Positions 27,070 to 39,688 of a DNA stretch of 64,000 nucleotides are shown here, piece after piece. A program made the position numbers and the translations under genes. Position 1 is the first letter of the stretch. Every line of letters starts with the position of its first letter. The notes beneath the pieces are model-generated. The model did no database searches, was not told where the DNA came from, and was given only the letters and a program-made list of their open reading frames with translations. Source of the stretch: Camelus ferus (Eukaryota). The stretch covers positions 51,462,001-51,526,000 of the forward strand of contig NC_045697.1 in the NCBI RefSeq assembly GCF_009834535.1. The letters are read 5' to 3'.

Positions 27070-27520
27070 ATATATTATCAAATTTATGATCTTCTGATTA
27101 TATAATACACCTTTATTTTTATATTTATTTACTTTTTCACTAAAGTATAGTTGATTTACAATGTCATGTTAATTTCGGGAATACAGCAAAGTGATTCAGT
27201 TCTTTCTATCTATCTATCTATCTACCTAGCTATCTAGCTTTTTCAGATTCTTTTCTGTTACAGGTTATTACAAGATATTGAATATAATTCCCTGTGCTAT
27301 ACAGTAGATCCTTGTTGTTTATCTATTTTATACATAGTAGTATCTTAGTCCCAAATTCCTAGTTTATTTTTATATTTTTATTTTGTAATACACTATAAAA
27401 GAAAAAAATCACTGCCAATTGAAACACCAAGTTTCTTATCACCTCAGTATTGAGACACATCCTGATTTTAGAGCTGTTAAAATGTTAAAAATGTATATTT
27501 TGAAAATCAGTGAAATACAG
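27070..27520. mobile_element. TcMar-Tc2 element (MER104/Kanga-like) interrupted by an L1 tail
   Basis: acatcctgattttagagctgttaaaatgttaaaaatgtatattttgaaaatcagtgaaatacag resembles the MER104 end. Confidence 0.5.
27125..27365 (-). mobile_element. L1 3' end with internal (TCTA)n
   Basis: aagtatagttgatttacaatg...cagcaaagtgattcagtt...ttattacaagatattgaatataattccctgtgctatacagtag. Confidence 0.85.
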
Positions 27521-27829
27521 CATGCTAAAGCAACAACAGTGTGAGATGAAAGCCAAATGAGAACAAGGCGTTTTTGTCCTGTGCACCCGTAGTGCATGAG
27601 TGCTGTCTGGTAAGTCCAGTATTTATCCTACATGAATTTTAAAAATTACTGGTAAAACTTACAAAGCCTATTTAAATTATATTTTAGTGGATATCTTGTT
27701 AAAATGTATTATGCATTTTAGCTGACCCTACTGTCACATCTCAAAAGGAGCATACTGAATAATATTCTACCTTTTTATAAATGACTTAAAGTCATGATTA
27801 TAAATACCATTTGTTTCCAAGACAACAAT

Positions 27830-28960
27830 CTCTTTGTTTTATTCCTATTTTAGTGGCTTCTCTGTCTCCCTTGTCGATTCCTTCTCATTTTCCTTAAGTC
27901 CTAAACTTTTGAGTACCCTGGGCTCAATCCTTGCATATCTAGTCTTCTCTTTCCATAGTTGGTGCTCAGGTGAGCTCCCTAACTTCATGGCTTTAAATAC
28001 TTTAAATATCACAGTCAGAACCTCTCTCTGGACTTCTTATATATAATTATACAGTTCACTTGGTTGTCTATTTGAGCATCTCAAACCTGATATCTCCAAA
28101 TAAAACCCTCATTTTCCTTCTAAAAGTTCTTCCTCTTGCAGTCATTTTTATTTCAACAAGTGACATTTCCATTTATCCTGTTGCTTAGACCAAAAAATTT
28201 GGTCATCTTTGACTTCTTTGTCTCACTCCATATATTCAAGTCATCAGTAAGCTCTTTTCACTCTATCTTCAGAATATATTCAGAAATACACCATGTCTCA
28301 CCACTTCCACCACGACCATCATTGCCTCTCATTTGGAGTTCAGTAGCCTCTCCCTGCTTCCATCCTTGCCTCCCCAGCACACATTCTCTACCTGGTGGTT
28401 ATAGGGATTCTTTAAAAATATAATCACACTGTCACCTTTCTGGTTAAAACTCTCCAATGGCTTTGCAACTCCTTCAGAGTAAAATCCAAAGTCCTTATCA
28501 TGATCTACAAGGTCCCACGTGGCCTTGGCCTCTACTTCCTCTCTGATTTCATCTTCAGTCTCTCTTCCACTGACTTACTCTGTTTCATCACTGACTTTCT
28601 CTGTGTGCTCCTAATACAGGGTTTCTCAGTCTTGATACTATTGGCATATACTTTGTTAGGGAGGGTTTGTCCTAAACATTGTAAGATGTTTTGTAGCATC
28701 CCTGGCCTCTACTCAGTAGATGGCAGTAACATCCCCATGCCGTGACAATAATAAATATCTCCAGACATTGCCAAATGTCTTCTTGGGGTAGGGGGCAAAA
28801 CAGACCCTGGTCAAGAACTGCTGCCCTGACGTATCAAGCATGCTTCTTCCTCAGGGCCTCTCCTTCTCTTGTTCTCTCTGCCTTCTCCCGGAAACCACAT
28901 GGCTTGCTTCCTCATTTGATCTGGTCTGTTGCAAATACCATCTTAACATAAACTAGCCAA
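27830..28960 (+). mobile_element. L2 (L2a-like) fragment interrupted by MER20
   Basis: catggctttaaatac, catctcaaacct, gtcatctttgacttc, aaaactctccaatggct, agagtaaaatccaaagtcctt. Confidence 0.8.
28617..28823. mobile_element. MER20 hAT MITE
   Basis: cagggtttctca...tagcatccctggcctctactcagtagatg...tctccagacattgccaaatgtc...aagaactgctg. Confidence 0.9.
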
Positions 28961-31900
28961 CTCTCATTCTCTATCAGTTACACAGTTACACGGTTGCTTT
29001 TTCTCTGTTCCATTTGCTGTTGCCTTGTTCTAGCCACTTCTAGGTGTTTTCTTCAATATGGAGGGAGCACAATTAGGGTAAAACTCTTGGCCTCTTTGTT
29101 CACTCCACCCTACCACCCCGGGGAAGTAAGATGACTTACCTGATTGGCATATCTGGTAAGAAGAAACTGGGTGTTTTTGGCTCAGTGCTCATTTGCTTTT
29201 TTCTCCTCCTGGAGGTCTGTCTCCCTCAGGAGCAGCTGAGGGGATCTGTTCCACCTGGTGTGTCTGTGACTGCATGGTAAGCTTGCCTCAATCTGAGGTG
29301 CAATGACATCTTGGCCTTTTTATCCAGATCCTCTTACTTAGCCTTTATCAGCAACAAAGGTGCTATTTTGAGCTCTTTATGCTATGTCATCAATTTGTTC
29401 AAAACTTAGAGAAAAGGGGTGCTATTTGCCGGACTCCTTGAGACCGTAATGGTTGATGCACTGAGGAAGTAAAGAAAAGACTGGAAGCTGGGGAAATACA
29501 ATAATATGTAAACCACTGAGGATTCTGGTGTGGTGAGAGTATGCAGCTTTTGGTTTGGGATTTTATTGTGGGGGGTAAGATATACTGACCTTAGCTATTT
29601 GTAGAGAATTATATTTGGGTAGTTTTTAACTACTGTGGCTTGGGTGAGAGGTTTGAGCCTTAGACCATGTAATATTTTATCCTTAGTGATGACTACCTCA
29701 TGGACAGATGTTTCCATAGTCCACTCTCTTAGAGTGAGGACTATGGATTCTGGACCTCAGAGAGCCAGGCCTGCTTGGGTCTCAGCAAGGGCACAGGGGT
29801 CTCTTAGGCCTCAGCAAATGCTGACTGGGTGGGCAACCCTCACAGAAGCAGGAAGCATAGGTGCAGGATGTCTAGGCCTTCCCAAGGTGCAGACCTTGGC
29901 AAGTGTGAGGACTTCCAGATCTGTGGATGCAGCTTGCCTCAGACGTGCTGAGGCAAAATCTGATAATAGGTGGGAGCGGCTTTCCATATACAGTCTTCTG
30001 TGACATTAGGGGAGGGCAACATATTCACTCATTGCCTTTAAACATTAAGGCAGCTAAGTCTTATGTATACTACAGGGCATTGCTGGGGTCTAGTTTTAAT
30101 CATCAGTGCTGGCCCCAGTGTTCAGAACCACATTCATGGCCCCAAATTCCATTCCGAATTCCTGAGGAAGGGACTGTGGAAAACTGAGTTTGGATTTGTG
30201 GGCTGTTTCCATAGGCTCAAGAGTTCCTTCTCACCACATGGTCTCAAGTTGGTTCTTGATTGGTTAATTTTGTATGAGACAGAAATGGACAGGAGGCAGG
30301 GTTTTTAGATCTAAACAATCTCTTGATGAGTAGAGGAAACAGACATTGTAGCCTAGAACCAAAAAATATCAGATTTCAGTGGAGTGTAAACATCATGATC
30401 CTGGATAGAGAGACCACACTCCTTTCACTGACTGGGTGCCATAATGAGGAGCTCAAGGGAAATGGAAATTAGACAAGCACATAGGAAATATGAGGACTGG
30501 TGATTGGTGCTCTCACCAATGTAAAATCTCAACCTTGTAAGAAGACAGCAACTTCTCAATGTCACATACTGAAAGGAGAGACAGGATACAGGAGTCCGGT
30601 AGATTCCTCCCTCCTTCGTATGTTAAATGTTTGATGACAACATTAACCTCTTACTGGAATAGTTCTCCCAACCTAAGGAAAGCCCACAGGTCTTGGGCTC
30701 TGGGCACTGGGTTTAGACTGACTGACATTCTGGCAAAACTACCTGTCCTCATTTTTTAATAAAAATAACATTGAGTCTCTGCAACACTAAACATTTCATT
30801 TAAGAAACGTCGTTTTTCCTTAGATAACAGTTTTGGGGGTATTTATTTATTTTCTGATTTAGTGGGTGCTGGCTAGTGCTGTGACGCACTTATGTATCCA
30901 ATTAACTTTTTGGACTCTATAATAAAGGAAGGACATCAAAGACTTGGCATTGCACTCGTGTGGCCCCAAGGCAACCACTCTCTTCCTGTGAGAGACAACA
31001 CACACTGCAGCTGATTATAGGACCCCCAGCTTCACCCTGGCAACAAGAACACTTTTGGAGCAGAGTAAGAGACTTTTTTTGGAAAAATTTTGGATCCGAA
31101 TTTTTTTGACCTTTAGCTTACAAGGGCAAGAGTATTTGATTCTGTTGAATTTTAATCCTTTTGAACATTAAGTTGCAGAGATTTAATCTTTGAACTTTTA
31201 ATATTTCTCTAACATTACATAACAGAAGAGAGTTTATATCTAATTATGGGGCATCCTTATGTGGGCATGTTATTGTAGAGAGCCTTAAGAAATTGTGTAC
31301 TTTTACTAAAGAATTTCTGATATGCTCTTTTGGACAATGTGGCTTATCACAGTTAAGCATGAGAAATAGGTTGCCAACCTTGGTATAGAGTGACCTTGGG
31401 GTTGGTGTAAATATTTTAGGGTTTTTCCATTTTAGGGTCTTCTGGGAGCAAATTCTAAACCTTCCAAGAATGTCTTCCAAAAAGAAGTGAATGGTGTGGG
31501 AGGAGTTTCCTCAAGAAGACAACAGCAGGGCTATTCTAATAAATTTCTTTCCTCTACTCTGAGTGTAGTCCCATGATTAATCATAGACTTAATGGTTAAG
31601 CCAATGGATTAAAAATCAAAAGCTGGTGAATGTTGATGAAGCGAGTATAAGTGCTTCTTCTTCCCTGTTGAGGGAGTTAAATCAGTGTAATACTAATAGT
31701 GTCTTTTGCTCATGGCATACCTAAGGACGAAGAACTGACTTACCTAATTTAAAGATTTGGGAAGAATAAACTATGTTTGGGGTTCAGCTCCTCCATTTCT
31801 CTCCTGAGCAGTTAGCTTCTTCCTGATAAGACATGCTGTAAGTCTTAGCCCAGGCTGTTCCCCATAAGAGGATGTCCTCTCTTGTCTAGGCTTGTCAGTG

Positions 31901-32199
31901 ACAGTGGAAAAGCCTGTCCAATTTAGGAGTTCAGAATTACTGATTAACTACCTTGTCAGGCACATGCCCCAACTTAGCCTTTGTCAGTAATGAAGGTGAC
32001 ATTTGATCTATTATCAATCTTTCACTTTTGTCTGATTTTTCAATTTTCTTGGAACAGAATAGAGAGATGTTATTTGTTGAATTCCCTTGTAAGTACTTAT
32101 ACTCCCTGATACATTCTTTCTTTCTTTAATGTCTCTCCCTGCTAGAAGTTCCAGAGTAGGAATGTGGTTTAGTCTCTGTGTATCCATCATTCCCACTTT

Positions 32200-32325
32200 C
32201 TTTTTTCTTTTCTTTTCTTCTCTTCTCTTCTTTTTTTTTTCTCCTTTAATGGAGGTACTGGAGGTTGAACCCAGGACTTCACGTATGCTAAGCATGTGCT
32301 TTACCACTGAGCTATTACCCTCCCC
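32200..32325 (-). mobile_element. tRNA-Ala-derived SINE (Vic-1-like, camelid)
   Basis: Minus strand ggggagggtaatagctcagtggtaaagcacatgcttagcatacgtgaagtcctgggttcaacctccagtacctcca plus A-rich tail. Confidence 0.9.
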
Positions 32326-33186
32326 ACTCTGTCCTTTCCTATGAGTACTATAGAGGTACATCCTTTAACTCACTCCTCACTATCTTATTTTCTAAGCTTC
32401 CGTGCACTTAAACAACTTTAAGAACCTGAGAGTCTTTCCTTAGTAATGTACATGGACCTTGTGCATTAATGGAGGCTGTTCTGCAATATTTCTCTTTCTG
32501 GCATTTAGCTAAGTTTCAATGACTTCAATTTGCTGGATAATTAACATCTGGATAAGTGAGGTGTTACTTTCCATTATTATGAAGTTGAGAATGGTGCATA
32601 CGTGATTGATTGATTGATTTTGCATACATAATTTAAGTTGACAAGAAGCAGATTCTGTTTTGCTTCCATCAAGGCCGACAAGCAGTCATATTATCACATT
32701 TATGTTTGGCTTCAGTTCACACTGTCTTTCAAATGTCCTCTTAAAACTTTCTTTATTGATAGGACTCATTTCCTCCATTGCTTTCTGGATTTAAGCATGT
32801 ATAAATTTGGGTATTCTCATGTTTATTCTCAGGCACTTTTATCTCTTCAGTTTCCTTTCTTCCTATGTGGCCCGCCCTTAATAATGTTAGGATTTTTAAT
32901 TAGGAGTGATTATTAGGCAACACCACAGGCTTACACTTAACTTTGTGTATGTGTGTGTGTTTGTGTGTGTAGGGGTTTCTAGCTCAAGTTCAGTTAATAA
33001 AAAAGGTTTGCATTGCCTTTTTGTTGTTGTTACTGTCCCTCATGCATGAAATTTCAGGAAAGGGGTTGCTCTGTTAGAATTCTGGTATTCCTACATTTTA
33101 GTGATCATAATGCCAACTTAATAGCATCAAAACTTCACAACAAACTCAATTAGAACTCTTTCTGTTAAAAGAAACAGAAACCAATC

Positions 33187-33763
33187 TGTAGTAGGCAGCC
33201 TTTGATATGATGCCACTGACCCTACCTCCTGGCATTTACACTCTTATGTAGTCCCTTCCTCTCAAGAGCAGGCTAGACCTAGTGACTTGTTCCTAATGTG
33301 TAGAATGACAAAAGTAATAGGAATCACTTCTGAGATCAGGTTATATAAGACTGACTTTTTCCATCTGACACTCTCCCACTCTCTCACCTGCTCCCTGTAA
33401 TGAAGCCAGTTGCCATGTTAAGAGGTATCCTATGGAGTGGCTCATGTGACAAGGAACTGAAGCAGCCTCTGGCCTACAGCCATTGAAGAGCAGAGGCCTT
33501 CAGCCCAAGAGCCTGCAAGAAACTACATCTTGCCAATAATTGTTAAATGAGCACGGAGGTGGATTCTACCCCAGCTGAACTTTGAGCTGACATTAGTATT
33601 ACTGACACATTTATTGCAGCTTCTTGACATAACTTTACCTGTAGGACCTAACTAAGCCATGGTTGGACTCCTGAACCATAGAAACTGTGAACTAAGGAAT
33701 GTGTGCTGTCTTGATCTACTAAGTTTTAAGGAAATTTATTATTCAGCAATAGATAACTAATAT
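33187..33763 (+). mobile_element. MaLR solo LTR (MLT1F-like)
   Basis: tgtagtaggcagcc...acctcctggcatt...gacctagtgacttg...gaagccagttgccatgt...cagcaatagataactaata. Confidence 0.85.
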
Positions 33764-34939
33764 CCATTCTAAATCTATCATGAAAAATTATATTTAATAA
33801 TTTATTAGCTTACATCTTTAATTTTAGTTAAAAGCAAAGAACAGGAAGTCATTTGACTTGCAAAAGCATTTGTTACTCAATCTTTAGAATGATTTACTTT
33901 CTTAGTTTCTGGGAACCATACCCAAAAATGCTTTACCAAGATTTAACAAATAATAACTGGTAATATGTGCTGCTTTTTAACTTAGAAGCTCCTTGTTTAA
34001 TCCATTATATTAAAAAAGTGGAAAATTTGGAGTAGAATTTTCAATGCATCTTTGCCAATTTAACATTTTTATATAATATTTTTATATTTGAACATTGCCT
34101 TAAGTATATTTTTCTCAAAAATATTGAAGTTGCAAATTTAGCTCATTCAACTTATAAAACATATTTGTCAAAAACCTAAATTGCAAGGTCATCTTTATGT
34201 TCAAATTAAGCAAATTGGATTTACTTTCTGTTGGAAAAAGCCTGACTCTATTTTAAAAATTTTGACATACTAATATACATTCTAAGAATATTACATAAAC
34301 CACTGAGAAATTGTGGTGCACATCTTGTAAGATGCTTTTTAAGAACCAACTAGAGAGTGTTGGGTTTAATTTTGTCTCACACAGCAAAAAGATAGCCTCT
34401 GATGGAAGAAGGAGAAGAAAGTGTGTGCTTGCCAGGTGTTTACCTGGGAAAATGAGCTCTAGGAAGAATTTCTCAACTGCGTAATAGAGAATATTAAGTT
34501 TCCGTCCTTATCACCAGTGTCACAATGTATGCCTTTTCAAAGTAAAGCTCAAATCTCATTTCTGTCTTTGGGGAAAATAAAGTTGTTTATGAAAAATAAT
34601 GCTATTAATCTTAGTCATAAAAATAAATTATTAGAGCTATTCTGTGGAGAAAAATATCCTCCATGGAATAGGAAGACATCCTCCAAAGAACATATATAAT
34701 AATATTTTTTCTGATTATGTTGTAAGAATTAGGTGGGATGCTCAACGTGGAAATGCCTAGTATAAGTCCCAACACTTTGTAGGCACCAGTTTTGTTTTGT
34801 TTTTCAATGCACTGATCTATGGCCATTAGTCTGTGTTCTGCAGGTAAAGGTGATGGCAACAAGTAGTTAGGATACCTGGAAATCAAAGGTTTTGAACAAA
34901 TCTTTGAGATTGCTGAGGATATTTCAACCCCTGTAGTAT

Positions 34940-35052
34940 ATTTATATGTTTATATTTACATATAAGTATACATTTAAACATAATATATATATATATAATT
35001 ATATATATTATCTGTCTATCTAGCTAGCTAGCTAGCTATCTATATCTATCTG
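34940..35052. repeat. Compound (TA)n / (TAGC)n / (TATC)n simple repeat
   Basis: Seen directly in the sequence. Confidence 0.8.
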
Positions 35053-35149
35053 ATGTCAAAAGCCTAGACTTCCCTTCTCTAGAAAGAATGAAATATTGGC
35101 CCTTAAAATAACATGGGAGAGAAAGCTGGCTGACCCAGTGGATGGTTTG

Positions 35150-35305
35150 ACTTTGGGATGGGCTACTAAGTGAGATTGTGAAATCCCATCCCTTAGCTGC
35201 CTACAGAAGTAGAATTTTCTCATCTGTCTGGTATGTTAAGACAGAAAGGATAAGAGTGCATGAGATTAGAGATGACCTCTCAAGGTTCATCCATTCCTAA
35301 AAGTG
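35150..35305 (+). mobile_element. L3/CR1 3' end fragment
   Basis: gattgtgaaatcccatcc ... agatgacctctcaaggttcatccattccta resembles the CR1/L3 terminus. Confidence 0.55.
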
Positions 35306-35755
35306 ACTAATTTTTGCAGAGGAATGCATATTGTTGGGTAATAGGGAAATAAAAACATCTATCTAGAAGGCATGTTAATGAGTAAGAGTTTGTAATTCTT
35401 GGGAATTTTCTCAGGAACTGACCAGTAACATATTTATTTGTAATCTTAATTTTAAAATGATGGTGCCTAATTTTATACCTGGCACATTTTGTATTTGTAC
35501 ATGATTTGTAAATGCATCTTTCTGTAAGTAGTATATACACAGATCCCTTTTCTCTACTAGCCTGTGTGCTCTTCTAGGCAGGCCCATGTCTTCTTCATAT
35601 ACTTAGAACCTGGCATAGTCCTGGAACTTAGTAGGGGCTAAAAGAACTTTTGATGGACCAAACTGATCTGGACAGACCTATCTTTAGCCTGCCTTTTTAA
35701 CACTGTGTACCTTTTCTTGTAGCATTTATTTTATTCATTTTTGGGCATTGTCATT

Positions 35756-35857
35756 AAATTTTTTTTTTCTTTTTAATAGAGGTATTGGGGATTGAATCCA
35801 GAACTTCATACTTGCTATGCATGTGCTCTACCACTGAGCTATATCCATTCCACTCCA
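35756..35857 (-). mobile_element. Vic-1-like SINE with 12-bp TSD
   Basis: gaggtattggggattgaatccag...ctctaccactgagctata; TSD ggcattgtcatt at 35744-35755 and 35858-35869. Confidence 0.9.
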
Positions 35858-35929
35858 GGCATTGTCATTTCTATTTACTGTATCTTCAATATTAAGTTTA
35901 TTTTGCTCTTCTTTTGTCTAAGATAAACA

Positions 35930-36075
35930 GTGTATTTTAGTGGTGAAGGCACATACTTTGCCAGACTAAAAATCTTCTTGGGTAATCTGCTGTGTAACTT
36001 TGTGTAAATTATTTAATCTCTCTATATACCTCAGTGTTTTCATCTGTAAAATGGATGTATTGACAGTATACATTT
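35930..36075 (+). mobile_element. MIR fragment
   Basis: ctgtgtaactttgtgtaaattatttaatctctct...cctcagtgttttcatctgtaaaatgg. Confidence 0.7.
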
Positions 36076-36084
36076 CATATATTT

Positions 36085-36745
36085 TTTCTTCCAGTTTTAT
36101 TAAAATATGATTGACATACAGCACCATATAAGTTTAAGATGTACAGCATAATAATTAGACTTATATACATCATGAAATGATTCCCATAATAAATTTAGTG
36201 AACATCCATCATCTCTTATAGATACAACATTTAAGAAATTGAAAATTTTTTTTTCTTTGAGCTGAGAACTCTTAGGACTTACCCTCTAAACTTTCATATA
36301 TGATGTACAGCAATGTTAATTGTATTTATCATGTTCTGCATTGTATCCCTGGTACTTATTTATCTTATAACTGGGAGTTTGTACCTTGTGACTGTCTTCT
36401 TCCAATTCCCCATCCCCCTACCCCCACCTCTAGTAACCACAAATATTTTTTTCTAGGAGTTTATTTTTTGAAGTATAATTGACCTACAACACTGTGTTAG
36501 CTCCTGGTACACAACACAGTGATTCGATATTTCTATACATTTCAAAATGATCACCATGATAAGTCTAGTTACCATTCATCACCATAAAAAGATAGTACAT
36601 TCTTATTGACTGCGTTCCCCATGTTTGTACCTCTTAATCTCCCTCACCTATTTCACTCATCCCCACCACCCCCACCCCTCTGGCAACCCCCTGTTTGTTC
36701 TCTGTTTTTAAGAATCTGTTTCTGTTATGTTATGTTGGTTCATTC
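36085..36745 (-). mobile_element. L1 3' UTR (L1MA9-like) with two successive 3' tails
   Basis: Tail-like starts at about 36095 (ttttattaaaatatgattgacatacagca) and about 36465 (ttttttgaagtataattgacctacaaca); ccacctctagtaaccac and cccctctggcaacc motifs. Confidence 0.8.
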
Positions 36746-37344
36746 CAGGCTTGCTTTTGATTGCTTCTAATTCCTTTAGGCTCCTTTGAAACAACACAAA
36801 GTCAGATAACCAAGCAGTGGTGATTTCAACCAGAAGACAATTAATTTCTTCCATTTAATAGTATCATTCCTGATAGAAGAGGATGCTATCTGGAGATAAA
36901 GGGCCAGAGAGACAGCATTTATTAATTCCCAAGATGCCTAAGATTCATAGCCCAGCACATAATTTCTTGTGGTAAACAGAAACTCACAACAAAAACTACA
37001 ACAAAATTCTCCTACATTTCAATGAGAGACTATTCCTGCCAACAACTTCATGACCCTCACATAACTTAAATTTATGGTTAGAGATAATTTTTTTGAAGGG
37101 GAAAATAAATTGGCACTAAATTCTGGCATTGACCCCATGTTTCTTGGACATTTTCTGTAAACATTCTTATAAAGATTATTTGGAAAAGTTCTTCACAACT
37201 TAGTTGTGAAGTTTCATTGCCAAAATAAATTAATTCAGGGTCAATAAATGTCTTTCAATTTCTATCTTTTTTTTTTTTTTAACATTTGGAGTCATCCAAA
37301 AGACTAGTGATGTTTCTATTGAATCAAATAGTTAGAAGCTAAAG

Positions 37345-38150
37345 TTCATCTCAATAAACATTTGCTTATTATCTACTTTGTGCTAGGTATTTGGATATGA
37401 GTAAGACAAGTTCTCAGGACAGCAGGTTCTTAAATTTTAGTGTTTATCAGAACCACCTGGAGAGCTGGCTAACCCCCACCCACAAAGTTTCTGATTCAGC
37501 AGCTCTGAGATGGGAACCCAAAATTTGCATATCTAAACAGTTCCCAAGTGATGCTGATAATGTTATTCTGTGGATCTAACAAAGAACATGAAAACATATG
37601 ATTAAAACATGATTTATATGCTGAAGAATTCACAAGGATACACAAGGTGGAATTAACTAGAGACTAATTAAATCCACTGTAGGAGGGAGGTAAAGCTTCA
37701 GATAATGTTGACACTTGAGCAGGATTTGGTAGCATGAATGGAAATTCAAAGAGATACAATAGGGCCTAGAGTGGGAATTTCTGTTAAGTACCAACATATA
37801 GAATTGAATAGAAGCATGCCAGAGCATGTTATTCATTCATTTAACACATTTTAGTAGAATCCTTTACATCTTGAGAATAAAATAGTTAAAGAATAATGTG
37901 TTTACAGGAACATTTATTGGTAGAATACTTCACTGGAGCATGAGTAACAGAGTGCCCTGACAGGAGATGGGACTGGAAAAATAGTTGAGGACCATTAGGG
38001 TTTCATGGATGACATGGGCCATGCTAGGTAGTGGGCAATATTCAGGGAAGATCACTGGTAGCAGTGTAGAGACTGGATTGGAGGGAAACAGAACAAGACT
38101 GGAGCAAGAGAGACCAGTAAGAAAGCTATTGCAATAATCTGGGCAAAAGG
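37345..38150 (-). mobile_element. L2 fragments surrounding a MER5A
   Basis: caataaacatttgc...gtgctagg; gaagatcactggtagcagtgtagagactggattggaggg...gctattgcaataatc. Confidence 0.6.
37420..37570. mobile_element. MER5A hAT MITE
   Basis: ggttcttaaattttagtgtttatcagaaccacctggagagct...gtttctgattcag...aatttgcat...ttcccaagtgatgctgat. Confidence 0.85.
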
Positions 38151-38770
38151 GTAGATAAAAAATTCAGCAACATTTTATTTTAATTTTGAATCATGTGACA
38201 TTTAAACATTATTTTTGTGTATTTTCTCCCTCCTTAAGCCCACTACCTTATCTCCTTCTCCCATTAGAATGTTTATTGTTTAGAGGCTAAGTGATTAGTT
38301 TTTTTTTTTATTTAATGTTGAATGATAAAAACACATGGGCTCAGTCAGTATAAAGGGAAGTTTACTCTTGCATAACCACCTAAGCAAGTAACAGGGAGTA
38401 ATTTAGACAATAAGGAAAATAAAATTGGGTATTTTTTGAATATCTTAAAAACCATCTTTAAATAAGTTATTTCCTGTTACGTACTTGTCTCTAAGTTTAG
38501 CTAGTGGCTCTATTGCTGTTCCAAATTTAAAACTGTCTTCAGATATTATAGAATAGCTTAGGGCATTGGTAAAATTCTATGTAGAGTACAGAACACAGAG
38601 CTTGTTTTTCCTTCTGCTAACTTCAAGGAATATCCAATCAAGATGATGTGAATCACACAGGAGAACTTCCTCAGACCCAAATTCTTCTAGGCCAATTCAT
38701 GTCTTTCATTATATATCCAATTCTTGCCATGCCAAAATGGCCCATTTAGTGAAAACATAGCTTCAATATT

Positions 38771-39688
38771 TGTGGTAAACAGAGTTTCTAAAATGACCTT
38801 CCAAAATGCCCTGCCTTAATCCCTGGAACCTGTAAGTATGAGTTGTCACTTCCAAGATTATGTCATATTGTATGGCGCAGTTGATCTTAAGATAGGAAGA
38901 TGTTCTTTCTGGACCTGATCTAACCACATGAGCCCTTAAAAGTGGAGTTTTCTCCAGTCAATAGCAGAAGGGAAAGTCAGAGAGATTTGAGGTATAAGTA
39001 CTCAGGGACCGAGGCTGGTTTGAAGTTGAAGGGAACCATGTGGAAAGGAACATAGCCTCTAGAGCAGTGAATTGCCCCCTGTTGACGGCCATTTAAAAAA
39101 ATGGGGGCCTCAGACCTACAACTACAAAGGACTGAATTCTACCAGAAATCTGATTTAGCTTTGTTATAGGCTGAATTGTGCCTAGAATTATGTGGTGAAG
39201 TCCTAACCCCTAGTATCTCAGAATGTGACTATATTTAGAGAAGCAATTTAATTAGAATGAGGTCATTAGGGTGGGCCCTAATCCAATACAGTGTCCTTTC
39301 AAGAAGAGGAAATTCGGACACAGAGGGAAGACCAACTGAAGACAGAGAAAAGATGCCAACTGGCGAGCCAAAGAGAAGCCTCAGCAGAAAACACCCCTGC
39401 TGACACTGTGATCTTGAACTTCTAGCTTACGGAGCTATGAGAAAATAAGCTTCTGCTGTTTAAAGACTCTTAATCTATGGACCTTTGTTATTGCAGCCCT
39501 AATAAATTTGGAAATTAATTTTTTCCCTAGCTAGACTGACCATGATTTTGGTTTTGGGAGACCATGAGCAGAGATCCTAAGGGAGCCCATCTGGGCTTCT
39601 GGTCTATAGAATTTGTGAGATAATAAATGGATATTTTAAGCCACAGAATTTGTGGTAACCTATTAGGCAGCAATAGAAAACGAATACA
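38771..39688 (+). mobile_element. MaLR LTR (MLT1D/E-like) split by a second MaLR LTR
   Basis: tgtggtaaacag ... ccctggaacctgt ... aggactgaattct / resumes near 39508 ... gcagcaatagaaaacgaataca. Confidence 0.8.
39162..39507 (+). mobile_element. MaLR LTR (MLT1A/B-like) nested in the older MLT1
   Basis: tgttataggctgaattgtg...gaagtcctaacccctagtatctcagaatgtgact...gaggtcattagggtgggccctaatccaat...tttgttattgcagcccta. Confidence 0.85.

Noticed and set aside
32014..32361. 115-aa Lys-rich ORF
   Set aside because: Read-through of a SINE body and its poly(A) tail
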